A program made the position numbers and the translations under genes. 64,000 bases of DNA from an uncultured Candidatus Saccharibacteria bacterium (GTDB taxonomy: Bacteria > Patescibacteriota > Minisyncoccia > UBA6257 > 02-FULL-45-10c): NCBI GenBank assembly GCA_964355085.1, contig CAYHBW010000001.1, positions 4,693 through 68,692 of the forward strand. The letters are read 5' to 3'. Positions 8,655 through 18,418 of this stretch are shown piece after piece. The notes below the pieces were generated by a model. It was not told where the DNA came from. It searched no databases and was given only the letters and a program-made list of their open reading frames with translations. The first letter of the stretch is position 1, and every line of letters starts with the position of its first letter.

Positions 8655-9995
8655 GTGAATACATTGTCCCGGACAAAACAAATAATACTGATTTCAGGCG
8701 ATATCCTGACCCTTTACGCCTCTCTGCTTCTGACGCTTTGGATCCGGTATGAAAACCGTTTTTATTCGGAATTTTTCATAAATCATGCCGAACCGTTCAC
8801 TATCGTGTTCGGACTCTGGATAATCGTATTTTACATCGCCGGTCTATATGATCTGCGTTCCCTTAAAAACGATTTCGAATTTGAAAAAAGATTCTGGTAC
8901 ACGACGGTCCTGAATATAATCCTGACCGCGCTTTTCTTTTACGCTCTTCCCGATCTGAAAATCACCCCTCGCGCGAATCTTGGGATATTCTTCCTGGTTT
9001 TCGGAGGAATCAGCTACCTTTGGCGCGCCGTCTACAATGCCATACTCGGGAAAAGCGGACCGGCCAACCGGATTCTGATGATCGGCTCCAATCAGGCATC
9101 ACAGGAAATAATCGAACATCTGGATGAAAACCCCCAACTAGGCTATAAAATAAGTTTCTGGATGAAGGAAGGGTTAAGGGACAAGGAATTCAACCATCTG
9201 GCCCAGATCATCATTGCGAATGAAATCACCACGATTGTCATACCGGCTCACCTTAAAAAGGACGCCCAATCGGCCAAAATAATCTACAAGTGCCTGGCGA
9301 TCGGTATGGAAGTCCTGGAACTTTCTAAACTTTATGAGCTCGTATTTGAAAAAGTTCCGCTCGCGGAACTTGAAGAGGTTTGGTTTCTGGAAAATCTCAC
9401 CTCAAAAAACAAAGTATATGAAAGCATCAGCGATCCGATTGAAAGAGTATTCGCGATTATTCTCGGAACAGCGCTTCTGCCGCTGCTGATTCTCATAGCT
9501 ATCCTGGTAAAAATAACCTCCCGAGGATCGACGTTTTTCTCCCAAAGACGCGTAGGAAAAAATGAAAAAGAATTCACAATCTGGAAATTCAGAACCATGC
9601 GTGAGGATGCCGAAAAAAACGGACCGCAATGGGCGAATTATTTCAATGACTCAAGAGTCACATTACTCGGAGACATCCTCCGAAAATCCCACTTGGACGA
9701 ATTGCCACAGCTTTATAACATAATAAAAGGCGAACTTTCCTTTGTCGGACCGCGCCCGGAACGTCCCGAATTCGTGGAAAAACTGCGACGGGAACTCCCA
9801 TATTACGATCTCCGCCATCTTACAAAGCCGGGGATAACCGGCTGGGCGCAAATTAATTACCGTTATGCCGCCTCTTCCACCGACGCCTATCAGAAACTCC
9901 AGTACGACATCTACTACCTGAAGAACAACTCCCTGATCCTGGATCTGGTCATCGTCGTCCGGACGATCAAATTTCTGATAACAAACCTTTCCTGA
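8655..9995 (+). CDS. polyprenyl-phosphate hexose-1-phosphate transferase (WbaP/CpsE-type initiating phosphoglycosyltransferase)
   Basis: 446 aa with N-terminal TM helices. The C-terminal bacterial sugar-transferase domain reads TIWKFRTM...DELPQLYNIIKGELSFVGPRPERPEF. GTG start. Confidence 0.85.
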   Translation: MNTLSRTKQIILISGDILTLYASLLLTLWIRYENRFYSEFFINHAEPFTIVFGLWIIVFYIAGLYDLRSLKNDFEFEKRFWYTTVLNIILTALFFYALPDLKITPRANLGIFFLVFGGISYLWRAVYNAILGKSGPANRILMIGSNQASQEIIEHLDENPQLGYKISFWMKEGLRDKEFNHLAQIIIANEITTIVIPAHLKKDAQSAKIIYKCLAIGMEVLELSKLYELVFEKVPLAELEEVWFLENLTSKNKVYESISDPIERVFAIILGTALLPLLILIAILVKITSRGSTFFSQRRVGKNEKEFTIWKFRTMREDAEKNGPQWANYFNDSRVTLLGDILRKSHLDELPQLYNIIKGELSFVGPRPERPEFVEKLRRELPYYDLRHLTKPGITGWAQINYRYAASSTDAYQKLQYDIYYLKNNSLILDLVIVVRTIKFLITNLS

Positions 9996-11455
9996 TGCTG
10001 GAAAAAATCCGCAGTTTTCTGTTTGAAAATCAAAATCAAAAACAGACGCTGGCCAAAAACGCTTTCTGGCTTTTTTTCGGCCAGACCGGCGGAAGACTTC
10101 TCCGCGCGACACTGGTAATATACGCTGCCCGCATTCTCGGACCGGAAAGCTGGGGGGCTTTTTCCTATGTCATGAGTCTCGTGGCCTTTCTGCTGATATT
10201 TTCCGACATAGGCATAAGCGCAATCGTCACGCGGGAATCGGCGAAAAATATCCAAGCCGGCAGGGAATATTTCTCAACGGCATTTTTCATAAAAATTTTC
10301 CTTTTGGCGGCCGGATTACTGATCCTTGTTTACGGAGCTCCATATCTTACAACAATTCCGGAGGCCGGAGCATTATTAGCTCTCGCCTCTTTATTGCTGA
10401 TTTTCGACAGCTTGAGGAATTTCGGATTCGCCGTCAGCCGGTCGTTGGAACAGATGCAATGGGAAGCGATCAATGAGATATTGACGAATTTCAGCATCGT
10501 CATAGTCGGATTTCTCGCACTTTCCAAGTCGCCGACCGGCGTCTCACTCGCCTATGCCTATATTGCCGGAACCGGCATCGGATTAGCAGGCATGACTTAT
10601 ACCCTGCGGGGATATTTTCCGGATATATTCGCCGATTTCAATCCGCAGCTGATCAAACCGATTCTCGCTTCGTCACTTCCTTTCGCATTCGCAAGCTTCC
10701 TCGGAGCAATAATGATAAACACCGACCTAATCATGCTTGGGTGGCTCCGGTCGCCGGAAGAAATAGGATTTTATTCAGCCGCTCAAAAACCAATCCAGCT
10801 TCTCTATGCGATGGCAGGTCTTTTCGCCACAAGTCTTTTCCCGGTGATGTCAAAACTTTCGCATAAAAGCCAGCCGGATGAAATCAGGAACATACTTGAA
10901 AAAACCCTGACCGCCGCGCTTTTCGTAGCGGTTCCGACAGCAATGGTCGGCCTGCCATTAAGCCGGGAAATCGTCGCTTTCCTCTTCGGACAGGAATATC
11001 TTCCGGCAACCCAATCTTTCCGGATACTGCTTCTCACGCTTCCGGTGATTTTCCCTTCGGTCATAGTGAGTAATTCATTACTCGCCCAGAATCAGCAGAA
11101 AAAATTCATAACTTTTTCTCTGATCGGAGCCATGGGGAATATCGCCTTCAATTTTCTCCTGATTCCGGAATTCGGAATCGCCGGATCATCCGCCTCCACG
11201 CTTATGACCCAGATTCTGGCCAACGCATTCATCTGGCATAAGATGAATTCTATCGTCAGTTTCAAAATTTCCGGAAAACTCTTTAAAATAACATCTGCTT
11301 CGCTTTCCAGCGCAGGCGTGGCGATCGTTATCCAATCACTTGGAATTCCGGTATTACTGACTATCCTGATATCAGCAATAACATATTTTACGACTCTCAT
11401 TATATTAAAAGAACCGACACTTGAAAATATCAGTAAAATTGTAAAGTTAAAATGA
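9995..11455 (+). CDS. wzx: Wzx-type oligosaccharide flippase (MOP/polysaccharide biosynthesis protein family)
   Basis: 486 aa with about 12-14 hydrophobic helices. It is start-coupled to the upstream transferase (overlap at 9995). Confidence 0.75.
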   Translation: MLEKIRSFLFENQNQKQTLAKNAFWLFFGQTGGRLLRATLVIYAARILGPESWGAFSYVMSLVAFLLIFSDIGISAIVTRESAKNIQAGREYFSTAFFIKIFLLAAGLLILVYGAPYLTTIPEAGALLALASLLLIFDSLRNFGFAVSRSLEQMQWEAINEILTNFSIVIVGFLALSKSPTGVSLAYAYIAGTGIGLAGMTYTLRGYFPDIFADFNPQLIKPILASSLPFAFASFLGAIMINTDLIMLGWLRSPEEIGFYSAAQKPIQLLYAMAGLFATSLFPVMSKLSHKSQPDEIRNILEKTLTAALFVAVPTAMVGLPLSREIVAFLFGQEYLPATQSFRILLLTLPVIFPSVIVSNSLLAQNQQKKFITFSLIGAMGNIAFNFLLIPEFGIAGSSASTLMTQILANAFIWHKMNSIVSFKISGKLFKITSASLSSAGVAIVIQSLGIPVLLTILISAITYFTTLIILKEPTLENISKIVKLK

Positions 11456-11498
11456 AGCTCCCCGGGCGTAATCCTGGAGTATACAGATCAAGAGAAAT

Positions 11499-11525
11499 AA
11501 AAATCCCCGTATACCGGGGATTTTT
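11499..11525. terminator. bidirectional rho-independent terminator between convergent genes
   Basis: aaaaatccccg tatac cggggattttt forms an 11-bp perfect stem. It is flanked by an A-run and a T-run, lying between wzx (+) and the PGBD protein gene (-). Confidence 0.65.
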
Positions 11526-11534
11526 ATTTCCTTG

Positions 11535-12425
11535 CTATTGAGCTTTCTTTTTCTGCAATTCCTGAATTTGTTTCATCAATGCCTCAATTTGAGCTTGGAG
11601 ATTATTCATCGTTTCCGCACTTGCTGAATTCGCTGCTGGAGCGGCAGGAGCACTGACTCCGGAAAAAACTTCTTTCAATTTTGCCGAAGTCTGCGGACCG
11701 ACACGTCCAACTTGGGAAATCCCGTATTTTTTCTGAAAAGCGCGGACCGCTTTCTGGGTCAAAGCGCCGTAAAAAGCGGTGATTTGTCCCTCCGGATAAA
11801 TACTTGGGTCTTTCGCCAATAACTGCTGTAATCTGGATACATCTTCACCTCTACTGCCACGCTCCAATTCACGATTAAATACTGGAGATACCGATTTGGC
11901 AACAGCAGACGGTTGAGCAGCCGCCGATGGGGTTGCCGGAACCGCAGGTGATACCTTCGGAACGGCTGGAGTAGCGGGAGTCGCTCCGTAATTGTAGGAA
12001 GTTAGACTTCCTCCTCCACCACCTCCGGAGGCACCGCTACCGCTGTCACCTCCATCAGAGCATAGCTGGGATGTGGAAGGAGTTACCGTAACTGTGATAG
12101 ATCCGGAATCCTGGCTCGTATTCATGATCACGGACGATTCGGAGGAATCACAGGTTCGAGTCAGCGAGACGTAAGTCAACGGACTGACTGTAAGTTTCCT
12201 GCGGTCTGAAGAAGTGATCCCGAATGATTTCCCGGTCGAAAGCGTAACATCAAAACTACTGGCTCCGACAACTATGGTATCGATCGTATATTCGGATCCT
12301 CTTACTGCCAGAGTATATCCTCCGACCGAGATGTTAACCGATGAATCAAGGGTGACATCATTGGCCCCGAAGACCATCACAGGTGAAAGTATCAATCCGA
12401 CGATAATTGATAGGACTTTTTTCAT
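11535..12425 (-). CDS. secreted protein with Gly/Ser-rich and Pro-rich linkers, a peptidoglycan-binding domain (PG_binding_1) and a C-terminal coiled coil
   Basis: Signal peptide MKKVLSIIVGLILSPVMVFGA. A GGGGGGS run and a PATPAVPKVSPAVPATP linker follow. The PGBD-like motif is SRGEDVSRLQQLLAKDPSIYPEGQITAFYGALTQKAVRAFQKKYG, and a C-terminal heptad-like coiled coil closes the protein. Confidence 0.6.
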   Translation of the reverse strand: MKKVLSIIVGLILSPVMVFGANDVTLDSSVNISVGGYTLAVRGSEYTIDTIVVGASSFDVTLSTGKSFGITSSDRRKLTVSPLTYVSLTRTCDSSESSVIMNTSQDSGSITVTVTPSTSQLCSDGGDSGSGASGGGGGGSLTSYNYGATPATPAVPKVSPAVPATPSAAAQPSAVAKSVSPVFNRELERGSRGEDVSRLQQLLAKDPSIYPEGQITAFYGALTQKAVRAFQKKYGISQVGRVGPQTSAKLKEVFSGVSAPAAPAANSASAETMNNLQAQIEALMKQIQELQKKKAQ

Positions 12426-12445
12426 ATTAATTTACAAATTAAATT

Positions 12446-13159
12446 TTATTTGCAAGTACCGGCTTCCCATAGGGCATAGTACGCCGTACCTCCGCGCCAT
12501 GAAGTCGTAGCGGCACCGACAGAATCACTTGGAGCAAAATACATCCTGTAGTACGATCCATTCGATCCTATTACTTGAATGCATGCGCCAGTATTGCTTG
12601 ACGTAGTGTTCAATGACAATGTGGTAGTTGCCGTTCCGCTAGCGCCAAATGAATAAGCAGGAGAAGAAGATGCGCCTGCTGTTATGCTGCCGGAAGCGTT
12701 GAAGTTCCCGGAAACAGTTGAAGAAGCGGAAGCGATCAAATTTCCGCCGACTGTCAATCCATTTGTTGTGGAAGCGTTACCGGTCAAGACGATTGCATCT
12801 CCGGCCGCGTCACCTAAAGTAGCTCCGCCTTTTACGGTCAAAGCGCCCTCGGTATCAATGGCTCCGGTGCTGCCGGTTGTAGTCGCCATGCCGCCAACCC
12901 ACATGAATCCGGAAGCTGAAACTTGCGTAGTTGAAGCATTGACTAAAGTAGTCAAGCCGGTGACTGACAAGGTTCCAGCCGCAGATACGTTGCCAGTAAG
13001 CGTGCTTGCGCCCGTAACTGTCAAAGTTCCGCCGGTGGAAATGTTTTCGCTAATTGTAGTTGCTCCATATGCCGCCGCCCACACGACCATGAGCGAAAGC
13101 ATTACTGATAATGCGACAACTGCGTATTGCTGTTGCCTGTTTAGAATATTGCTATTCAT
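12446..13159 (-). CDS. secreted Thr/Ser/Gly-rich repeat protein (beta-rich fibre-like surface protein), C-terminal Cys pair
   Basis: Signal or TM anchor, then repeats with about 14-15 residue periodicity (GTLTVTGASTLTGNVS / AAGTLSVTGLTTLVN / GALTVKGGATLGDAA). The C-terminal domain has two Cys (GACIQV...EAGTCK). No family assignment is possible. Confidence 0.45.
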   Translation of the reverse strand: MNSNILNRQQQYAVVALSVMLSLMVVWAAAYGATTISENISTGGTLTVTGASTLTGNVSAAGTLSVTGLTTLVNASTTQVSASGFMWVGGMATTTGSTGAIDTEGALTVKGGATLGDAAGDAIVLTGNASTTNGLTVGGNLIASASSTVSGNFNASGSITAGASSSPAYSFGASGTATTTLSLNTTSSNTGACIQVIGSNGSYYRMYFAPSDSVGAATTSWRGGTAYYALWEAGTCK

Positions 13160-13270
13160 ATCTTTTTATTTTTTTTAAATTATTATTGATAATAAACGAC
13201 CGACTTTTTAAGTCTTATTTAGTATGGGTCATACGGACGGGAAAAGCAAAAACGATCCTGTTGATAACTA

Positions 13271-15499
13271 TTATCTTTCTCCTGCGCGGATTTGATCTAA
13301 TAATGCTCCCCCTTCATCTCTGAATTCGGGGAATTTTTCAACGGCGGATTCCAGAACGATTATCGCGCTGCGGTCGTCGCCGGCCAAAAGATGCGCTCCG
13401 ATCAGACTTTTGTAATTTTGCAGATTTTCCGGATCTCCTTGGACAAATGCCTCCCAGATACCTACCAGTCTCCCGTAATTCTTGACTTGGGAATAAACCT
13501 GAACCAGTATCTGACGGGGTAAATTCAACGTTCCGAATCCATCGGTCAGAAGCTTGTCCGCCACATCCTGCCTGCCGGTCATTATATAGGCGGCGGCGAG
13601 ATTCAATCTGGCTTGATCGAATTCAGGATCAAGCTCAAAAGCCCTGATAAGTACGTCGATTGCATTTGAGGCATCTCCTCTCTGGAGATAAATATCGGCG
13701 ATTTCAAAATAAATCTGCTGCTTTTTAGGAGAAAGACTGCTGGCTTTTTCAAGCATCTCTAGGGCGGGCTCGGAAAATCCGACGCGGCTGTACAATCCCG
13801 CAAGGAATAAATGAGCGCGCGGATCAAGCGGATTCTCTTCGACGCCTCTTTCCGATTCCTGAATCGTAAAACGAAGAACTTTATCTTTGAATTCAATCGG
13901 AAGATTCGATGATCCGACATTCATGGCAAAGCGGGTGAGCTGCTCCCGTATTTCCTGCTTGCCGATCGAATCATAAGAAATGGCCTCTTGAAAATATCCG
14001 AATGAATCCTCTGCTTGACCTTGCGCCTGCGCTTTCAATGCGCTCAAAAGATTAAGATTTATCATGAGCGGCCGCCAATTCAAAAAATAAAATACCCAGC
14101 AAAAAACCGTCAGAAGTAATGCGCCGTACGCATACGTCGACCTGGAATCAACCCCGTAAATCCGGCTCTCTTTCCCGGAAGAAACGGCGGGACTTAAATC
14201 AGCGGACTCGGAATTTATGAATGCCAGAAATGAGAAAAAGGAGAGATATGTGGCGACATTGTCAAAAACAAAAAGATTCTGAAGAAAATAAGCGACAAAT
14301 AAAGCTCCGATCAGCAATCCCTCTTCCAAGAGATGTTTCCGCCTGCGAAAATTTTCTAGAAGCATATAAAACGCCGCGACAAAAATACCCAGATAAGAAA
14401 TAATTCCCAATAGCCCGGCATTTATGAGCCAATCAAAAATTATATTATGAGAACGATCGAACCATGGCTCCTGCTTCCATAATTCTGGTCGGAAATATTT
14501 TGAAAAGACTATGGCGTAATTTTCCGGCCCCCAACCAAGAATAGGGTGGTCTTTGACCCCTTCAAAACTCATCTTCCAGATGCTGAAACGGGATGTGACT
14601 GTTCTTTCTGAAAATGAAAGGGAGGTCAACCGCGCCAAAGCATCACTTTTTTTAATGAATGAACTGTCGCGTATCAGCCAAAGAAAAGCCGGGACAACTA
14701 TTAGAAATCCCAAACCGATACCTATGTGCTTCAGGATTATTTTTTCCGAATCCTTGACCGGTTTTTTCAAAAACAAATACGATATCGCAGCCGATATCGA
14801 TCCGACGAGAAGACCGAGAACAGGACCGCGGCTGGCCGTAAAAAATATTGAAAGGAATGTCCACGCAATCATAAAAACATAAAAATACGACTGCGGAGAG
14901 TTCTTTTCCGACTTAAGCCATAGGAGCGCGGCAATAGCCAGAAGGAAAATCAAATAGGCCGCCAGATAAGTCGGGTTCCCGATAGTCCCGTCAGTCCGGA
15001 ATCCCCCTTGAGGGGAGGCTAGATATCCGAGTTTTTGAAAGAGAACATAAAAATTCTCGAATATTCCGGAAACCATGAACAGATTGAAAAATACATTCCA
15101 ATCGCTTTTCCTGAATACCGAAGACAGGACGACGAAATATGCGAAAAGATGGAGATAGGCGATCAACCCCTCCATTCTCTCGAAATTAGACCAGAAGCTT
15201 CTTTCCGGATTGACTGAAAAAATCGTCGCGAGACTTACGACTATGATCCAAAAAAACAGCGCATAAAAAAGCGCGGATTTCCTTGGACGATACTCCTCGC
15301 ATGTTACAGCTAGCCATATCCAGACGAAAAAACAGACCTCGATCAAAGCCCGGAACACAAAAGCTTTGCCGGTTATATACGGAAAGAACAGGGATTGGGA
15401 AACATAAAGCGGGATAAATGGCACGGCCAATAGACAGACCCTTGCCAAAGATAAAATCGCTTTTTTTATTTCGGAATTCATGACAAACAAATCATACAC
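13271..15499 (-). CDS. O-antigen ligase/Wzy-like (Wzy_C) polytopic membrane protein fused to C-terminal TPR repeats
   Basis: 742 aa. About 12 TM helices with a large periplasmic loop, typical of WaaL/Wzy. The C-terminal roughly 250 aa has TPR-like repeats (LAGLYSRVGFSEPALEMLEKA..., YFEIADIYLQRGDASNAIDVLIRAFELDPEF). Confidence 0.65.
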   Translation of the reverse strand: MYDLFVMNSEIKKAILSLARVCLLAVPFIPLYVSQSLFFPYITGKAFVFRALIEVCFFVWIWLAVTCEEYRPRKSALFYALFFWIIVVSLATIFSVNPERSFWSNFERMEGLIAYLHLFAYFVVLSSVFRKSDWNVFFNLFMVSGIFENFYVLFQKLGYLASPQGGFRTDGTIGNPTYLAAYLIFLLAIAALLWLKSEKNSPQSYFYVFMIAWTFLSIFFTASRGPVLGLLVGSISAAISYLFLKKPVKDSEKIILKHIGIGLGFLIVVPAFLWLIRDSSFIKKSDALARLTSLSFSERTVTSRFSIWKMSFEGVKDHPILGWGPENYAIVFSKYFRPELWKQEPWFDRSHNIIFDWLINAGLLGIISYLGIFVAAFYMLLENFRRRKHLLEEGLLIGALFVAYFLQNLFVFDNVATYLSFFSFLAFINSESADLSPAVSSGKESRIYGVDSRSTYAYGALLLTVFCWVFYFLNWRPLMINLNLLSALKAQAQGQAEDSFGYFQEAISYDSIGKQEIREQLTRFAMNVGSSNLPIEFKDKVLRFTIQESERGVEENPLDPRAHLFLAGLYSRVGFSEPALEMLEKASSLSPKKQQIYFEIADIYLQRGDASNAIDVLIRAFELDPEFDQARLNLAAAYIMTGRQDVADKLLTDGFGTLNLPRQILVQVYSQVKNYGRLVGIWEAFVQGDPENLQNYKSLIGAHLLAGDDRSAIIVLESAVEKFPEFRDEGGALLDQIRAGER

Positions 15500-15524
15500 T
15501 GAACCCGGAGAATTTGAAATGGTC

Positions 15525-17324
15525 TTATTTTTTCAGATGATAAGTCTTATGGAAATAGGAATTTGTATCTTTAATCAGATCGGCCGGATTACCTGACTCG
15601 ATTACCCGCCCACCCTCCAAAACGAATATGGTATCCGCGTCCAAAACAGTGGACAGACGGTGCGCTATGATTATTATGGTCATCTTGCCACGCAGTCCGC
15701 TAATCGATTTTTGAATCAAAAGCTCGGACTCATTATCCAGAGCGCTCGTCGCCTCATCCAATATGAGAATCGAAGGATTCCTCGCCAAAATTCTTGCCAA
15801 AATTATTCTCTGTCTCTGCCCGCCTGAAAGCATTACGCCCCTATCCCCCACAACCGTCTTCATGCCATCCTTCTGCCTTTCTATGAATTCAGATGCGTTC
15901 GCGAGTTTTGCGGCATTCTCTATATCTTCGTCGGAAATATTCTCGCCATAAAAACGGATGTTGTTTTCTATCGTATCATTCACAAGAAAAACTTCCTGGG
16001 ATACGTATCCGATGTTCTTCCGCCAATCTTGCAAAGCGATATCGTTTATGTCGACTCCATCAACCAGAATCTCGCCTTTTCCAGGATTCAAAAATTTCAA
16101 AAGAAGGTCCGCGATCGAGGACTTTCCAGCTCCGGACGGACCGATCAATCCCACGACCTGTCCTTTTTTGATTTTGATATCCACCCCAGCCAAAACACGG
16201 CTTCCTTCATCGTAGGAAAAATCGATATTTTTAAGATGAAGTGAATCTTGGAATTCAAAGGGCGATGATCCGCCTGGATTCTCCTGGTTATTTTCCAATT
16301 CCGATCTGAAGGACAGGATATTTTTCAGGAATGGAATCTGTTCGTTCACTGAATGGAATGCGGCCTGCGATCCCTCAAGATAGGTGAAAATTTTCTGGAT
16401 GAAATATACCGTCACAATAAATGCAGGCAAATTGAAATTCGGCGATTTGTATTGGTAATAAAAAAGGACGGAGATGAATATCATGGCCATTGGCTGCATA
16501 AAATTGGACAATAGAGAACGGAAAACCACGATTTTCATGTGCAGATTCTTCATGCGGTTATACAATCCCCCCCCTTTTTCCGTAGCGGCATTCTCGACGG
16601 TCAGAGATTTTATATATTTCGCCCCGGAAATATTTTCAATCAAATAACCGGAAATCAGCTTTTCCACGGCGATCATTTTTTCAAAGATATCGCGGTTCTT
16701 CCTGATAAAAGGGAATAGCAAGAGGACGCCCGCTCCTCCGACGAGCAGGGTCAATAGCGTCACCTCGGGAGAAATATTGATTGCAAAAAATAAATAGATC
16801 AGCAGTCCGGTGCCTGAAATTATAAATCGGCTCAAATAGACGATTGAATCCGAAGTGGTCTGCATATCCCGCAAAATGGTGGCTTGGACATATCCGAGCT
16901 TCTGCTTCAATAAAAACGTCCATTTGGCTCCGAAAACCAACTTAAGCAGATCCTTGACCGACTGATTCTTGTAGTCGATCATCGTCAAATAAGAGATATA
17001 GGAAAAAATAACAAAAATGAAGGCGCGGAGGAAAAATAAGCAGATGGCCAGACCGAGAAGAAAAATGAGGTCGTGTTCGAAAGGAAGATAATCCACATAT
17101 TTCAAAATCGTCCTTGAAATGAAATCTTCGGCTGGCATCGCATTTTTAGTGAAAAAAGAAAATACCGGGATAAGGACATTTATTCCGATACTATCGAGAA
17201 GCCCGCCTAAAAATCCCAGAAATGCGAGAAAAACTAGCTTCCCCCTGAAACCACGGAATGATTCGTTCAAAATCCGGAAAACTTCTGAAAGTTTCAAAAA
17301 ATTCTTGATGAATTGCATGTTCAA
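15525..17324 (-). CDS. ABC exporter, fused permease plus ATPase (MsbA/type-I exporter family)
   Basis: 599 aa: six N-terminal TM helices then an NBD with Walker A GPSGAGKSS, signature LSGGQRQRIILARIL and Walker B ILILDEATSALD. Confidence 0.85.
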   Translation of the reverse strand: MNMQFIKNFLKLSEVFRILNESFRGFRGKLVFLAFLGFLGGLLDSIGINVLIPVFSFFTKNAMPAEDFISRTILKYVDYLPFEHDLIFLLGLAICLFFLRAFIFVIFSYISYLTMIDYKNQSVKDLLKLVFGAKWTFLLKQKLGYVQATILRDMQTTSDSIVYLSRFIISGTGLLIYLFFAINISPEVTLLTLLVGGAGVLLLFPFIRKNRDIFEKMIAVEKLISGYLIENISGAKYIKSLTVENAATEKGGGLYNRMKNLHMKIVVFRSLLSNFMQPMAMIFISVLFYYQYKSPNFNLPAFIVTVYFIQKIFTYLEGSQAAFHSVNEQIPFLKNILSFRSELENNQENPGGSSPFEFQDSLHLKNIDFSYDEGSRVLAGVDIKIKKGQVVGLIGPSGAGKSSIADLLLKFLNPGKGEILVDGVDINDIALQDWRKNIGYVSQEVFLVNDTIENNIRFYGENISDEDIENAAKLANASEFIERQKDGMKTVVGDRGVMLSGGQRQRIILARILARNPSILILDEATSALDNESELLIQKSISGLRGKMTIIIIAHRLSTVLDADTIFVLEGGRVIESGNPADLIKDTNSYFHKTYHLKK

Positions 17325-18418
17325 TTTTTTTCGGATTTCATATGATTTTCAACGTATTTTTCAGTCAGATGATCTCTTCTCTTTTTCATATATTCCGCAT
17401 CATAAAATTTCTCCCCCCTGAAAAGGGGCTTTATCCTGCCGCCGAATCCGGATTTGAAAAATGAAATGCTTATCTCTTTGGGCGTCCTGACCTCGTCGGA
17501 AATGATCGGATAAAAATTACAGCCAAGCTCATACTGCCTGAAATTATTAGACTTGAGATACTTGATTATCCCCCATTGCAAAAAATGACTGATTCCATTC
17601 ATTTCCTTGAAATCGGCTGCGGTGGCTCCGAACGCATAATATGCAGATTGCTTATAGACGAAGAAAATCACTCCGCTGGCGAATTTTCCGGAGCTGTCTT
17701 TTTCGAGCGCCAAAACAGCGGCGCCGGCCTTGATAAGTCCGTATGTCGCATCCCAGCGTTCCCTGGTTCCGACTTCTTTCCCCGCCGCGGAAAAATAAAT
17801 ATCTTTATAGATCTTGAATATCCGATCGCTGATATTATTCTTATCGAAAAAATCGATGGACAGACCCGTTTTACCTGCCGATCGTATATCATACTGATAC
17901 CCGTCGCGAATATTTTTGAAAAGTTGCTCTTCCGGCAATGACAGATCAACAATATTGGTTGTCAACGAAACATCGCCGAATCCGGATTTTAATAATTGAT
18001 TGAATTTACCAGGACCATATTCGGAGTCATCGGCCAACGGATCGGAAAAAAATTTCGCATACATGACGGATTTTTCCCTGGCAAGAGCATCTATCCTTTC
18101 AAAGGCCGACTTCAACAATTTTGCGGACTTTGACTCGGACAGATCGCTCCGCAATGCCGGGAATGGCACCGGGTCTCCGCCCATCGCAAATTCAAAAATA
18201 TCGCCCTCTCCGGAAATAGGTTGCTTGATCAGCGGGACAGCCGCCGCCAGCTTCCCGGCTTCAATTATTCCAAAAGAAAGATTCTCGCTTGCATTATTTA
18301 AGCTCAAGCAAAAACGCATCGCATCACTTGAGTGCCTGAACCAAGCCGAACTGGAGTTCAAGCAAAAATCATCCCACTGCTTAAGATCTAATTTTCCAAA
18401 CGGAACAAAATCAGCCAT
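17321..18418 (-). CDS. hypothetical protein, possibly a FemAB/Acetyltransf_6-like GNAT-fold acyl/aminoacyl transferase
   Basis: 365 aa with no strong motif. Size, predicted mixed alpha/beta fold and the polysaccharide-locus context suggest a FemAB-family (BioF2-like) enzyme. Weak assignment. Confidence 0.3.
   Translation of the reverse strand: MADFVPFGKLDLKQWDDFCLNSSSAWFRHSSDAMRFCLSLNNASENLSFGIIEAGKLAAAVPLIKQPISGEGDIFEFAMGGDPVPFPALRSDLSESKSAKLLKSAFERIDALAREKSVMYAKFFSDPLADDSEYGPGKFNQLLKSGFGDVSLTTNIVDLSLPEEQLFKNIRDGYQYDIRSAGKTGLSIDFFDKNNISDRIFKIYKDIYFSAAGKEVGTRERWDATYGLIKAGAAVLALEKDSSGKFASGVIFFVYKQSAYYAFGATAADFKEMNGISHFLQWGIIKYLKSNNFRQYELGCNFYPIISDEVRTPKEISISFFKSGFGGRIKPLFRGEKFYDAEYMKKRRDHLTEKYVENHMKSEKN

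Noticed and set aside
12446-13159. Type IV pilin identity for the Thr/Gly-rich repeat protein.
   Set aside because: The N-terminus lacks the G/FTLIE prepilin leader and cleavage motif, so only a generic secreted fibre-like protein is supportable.
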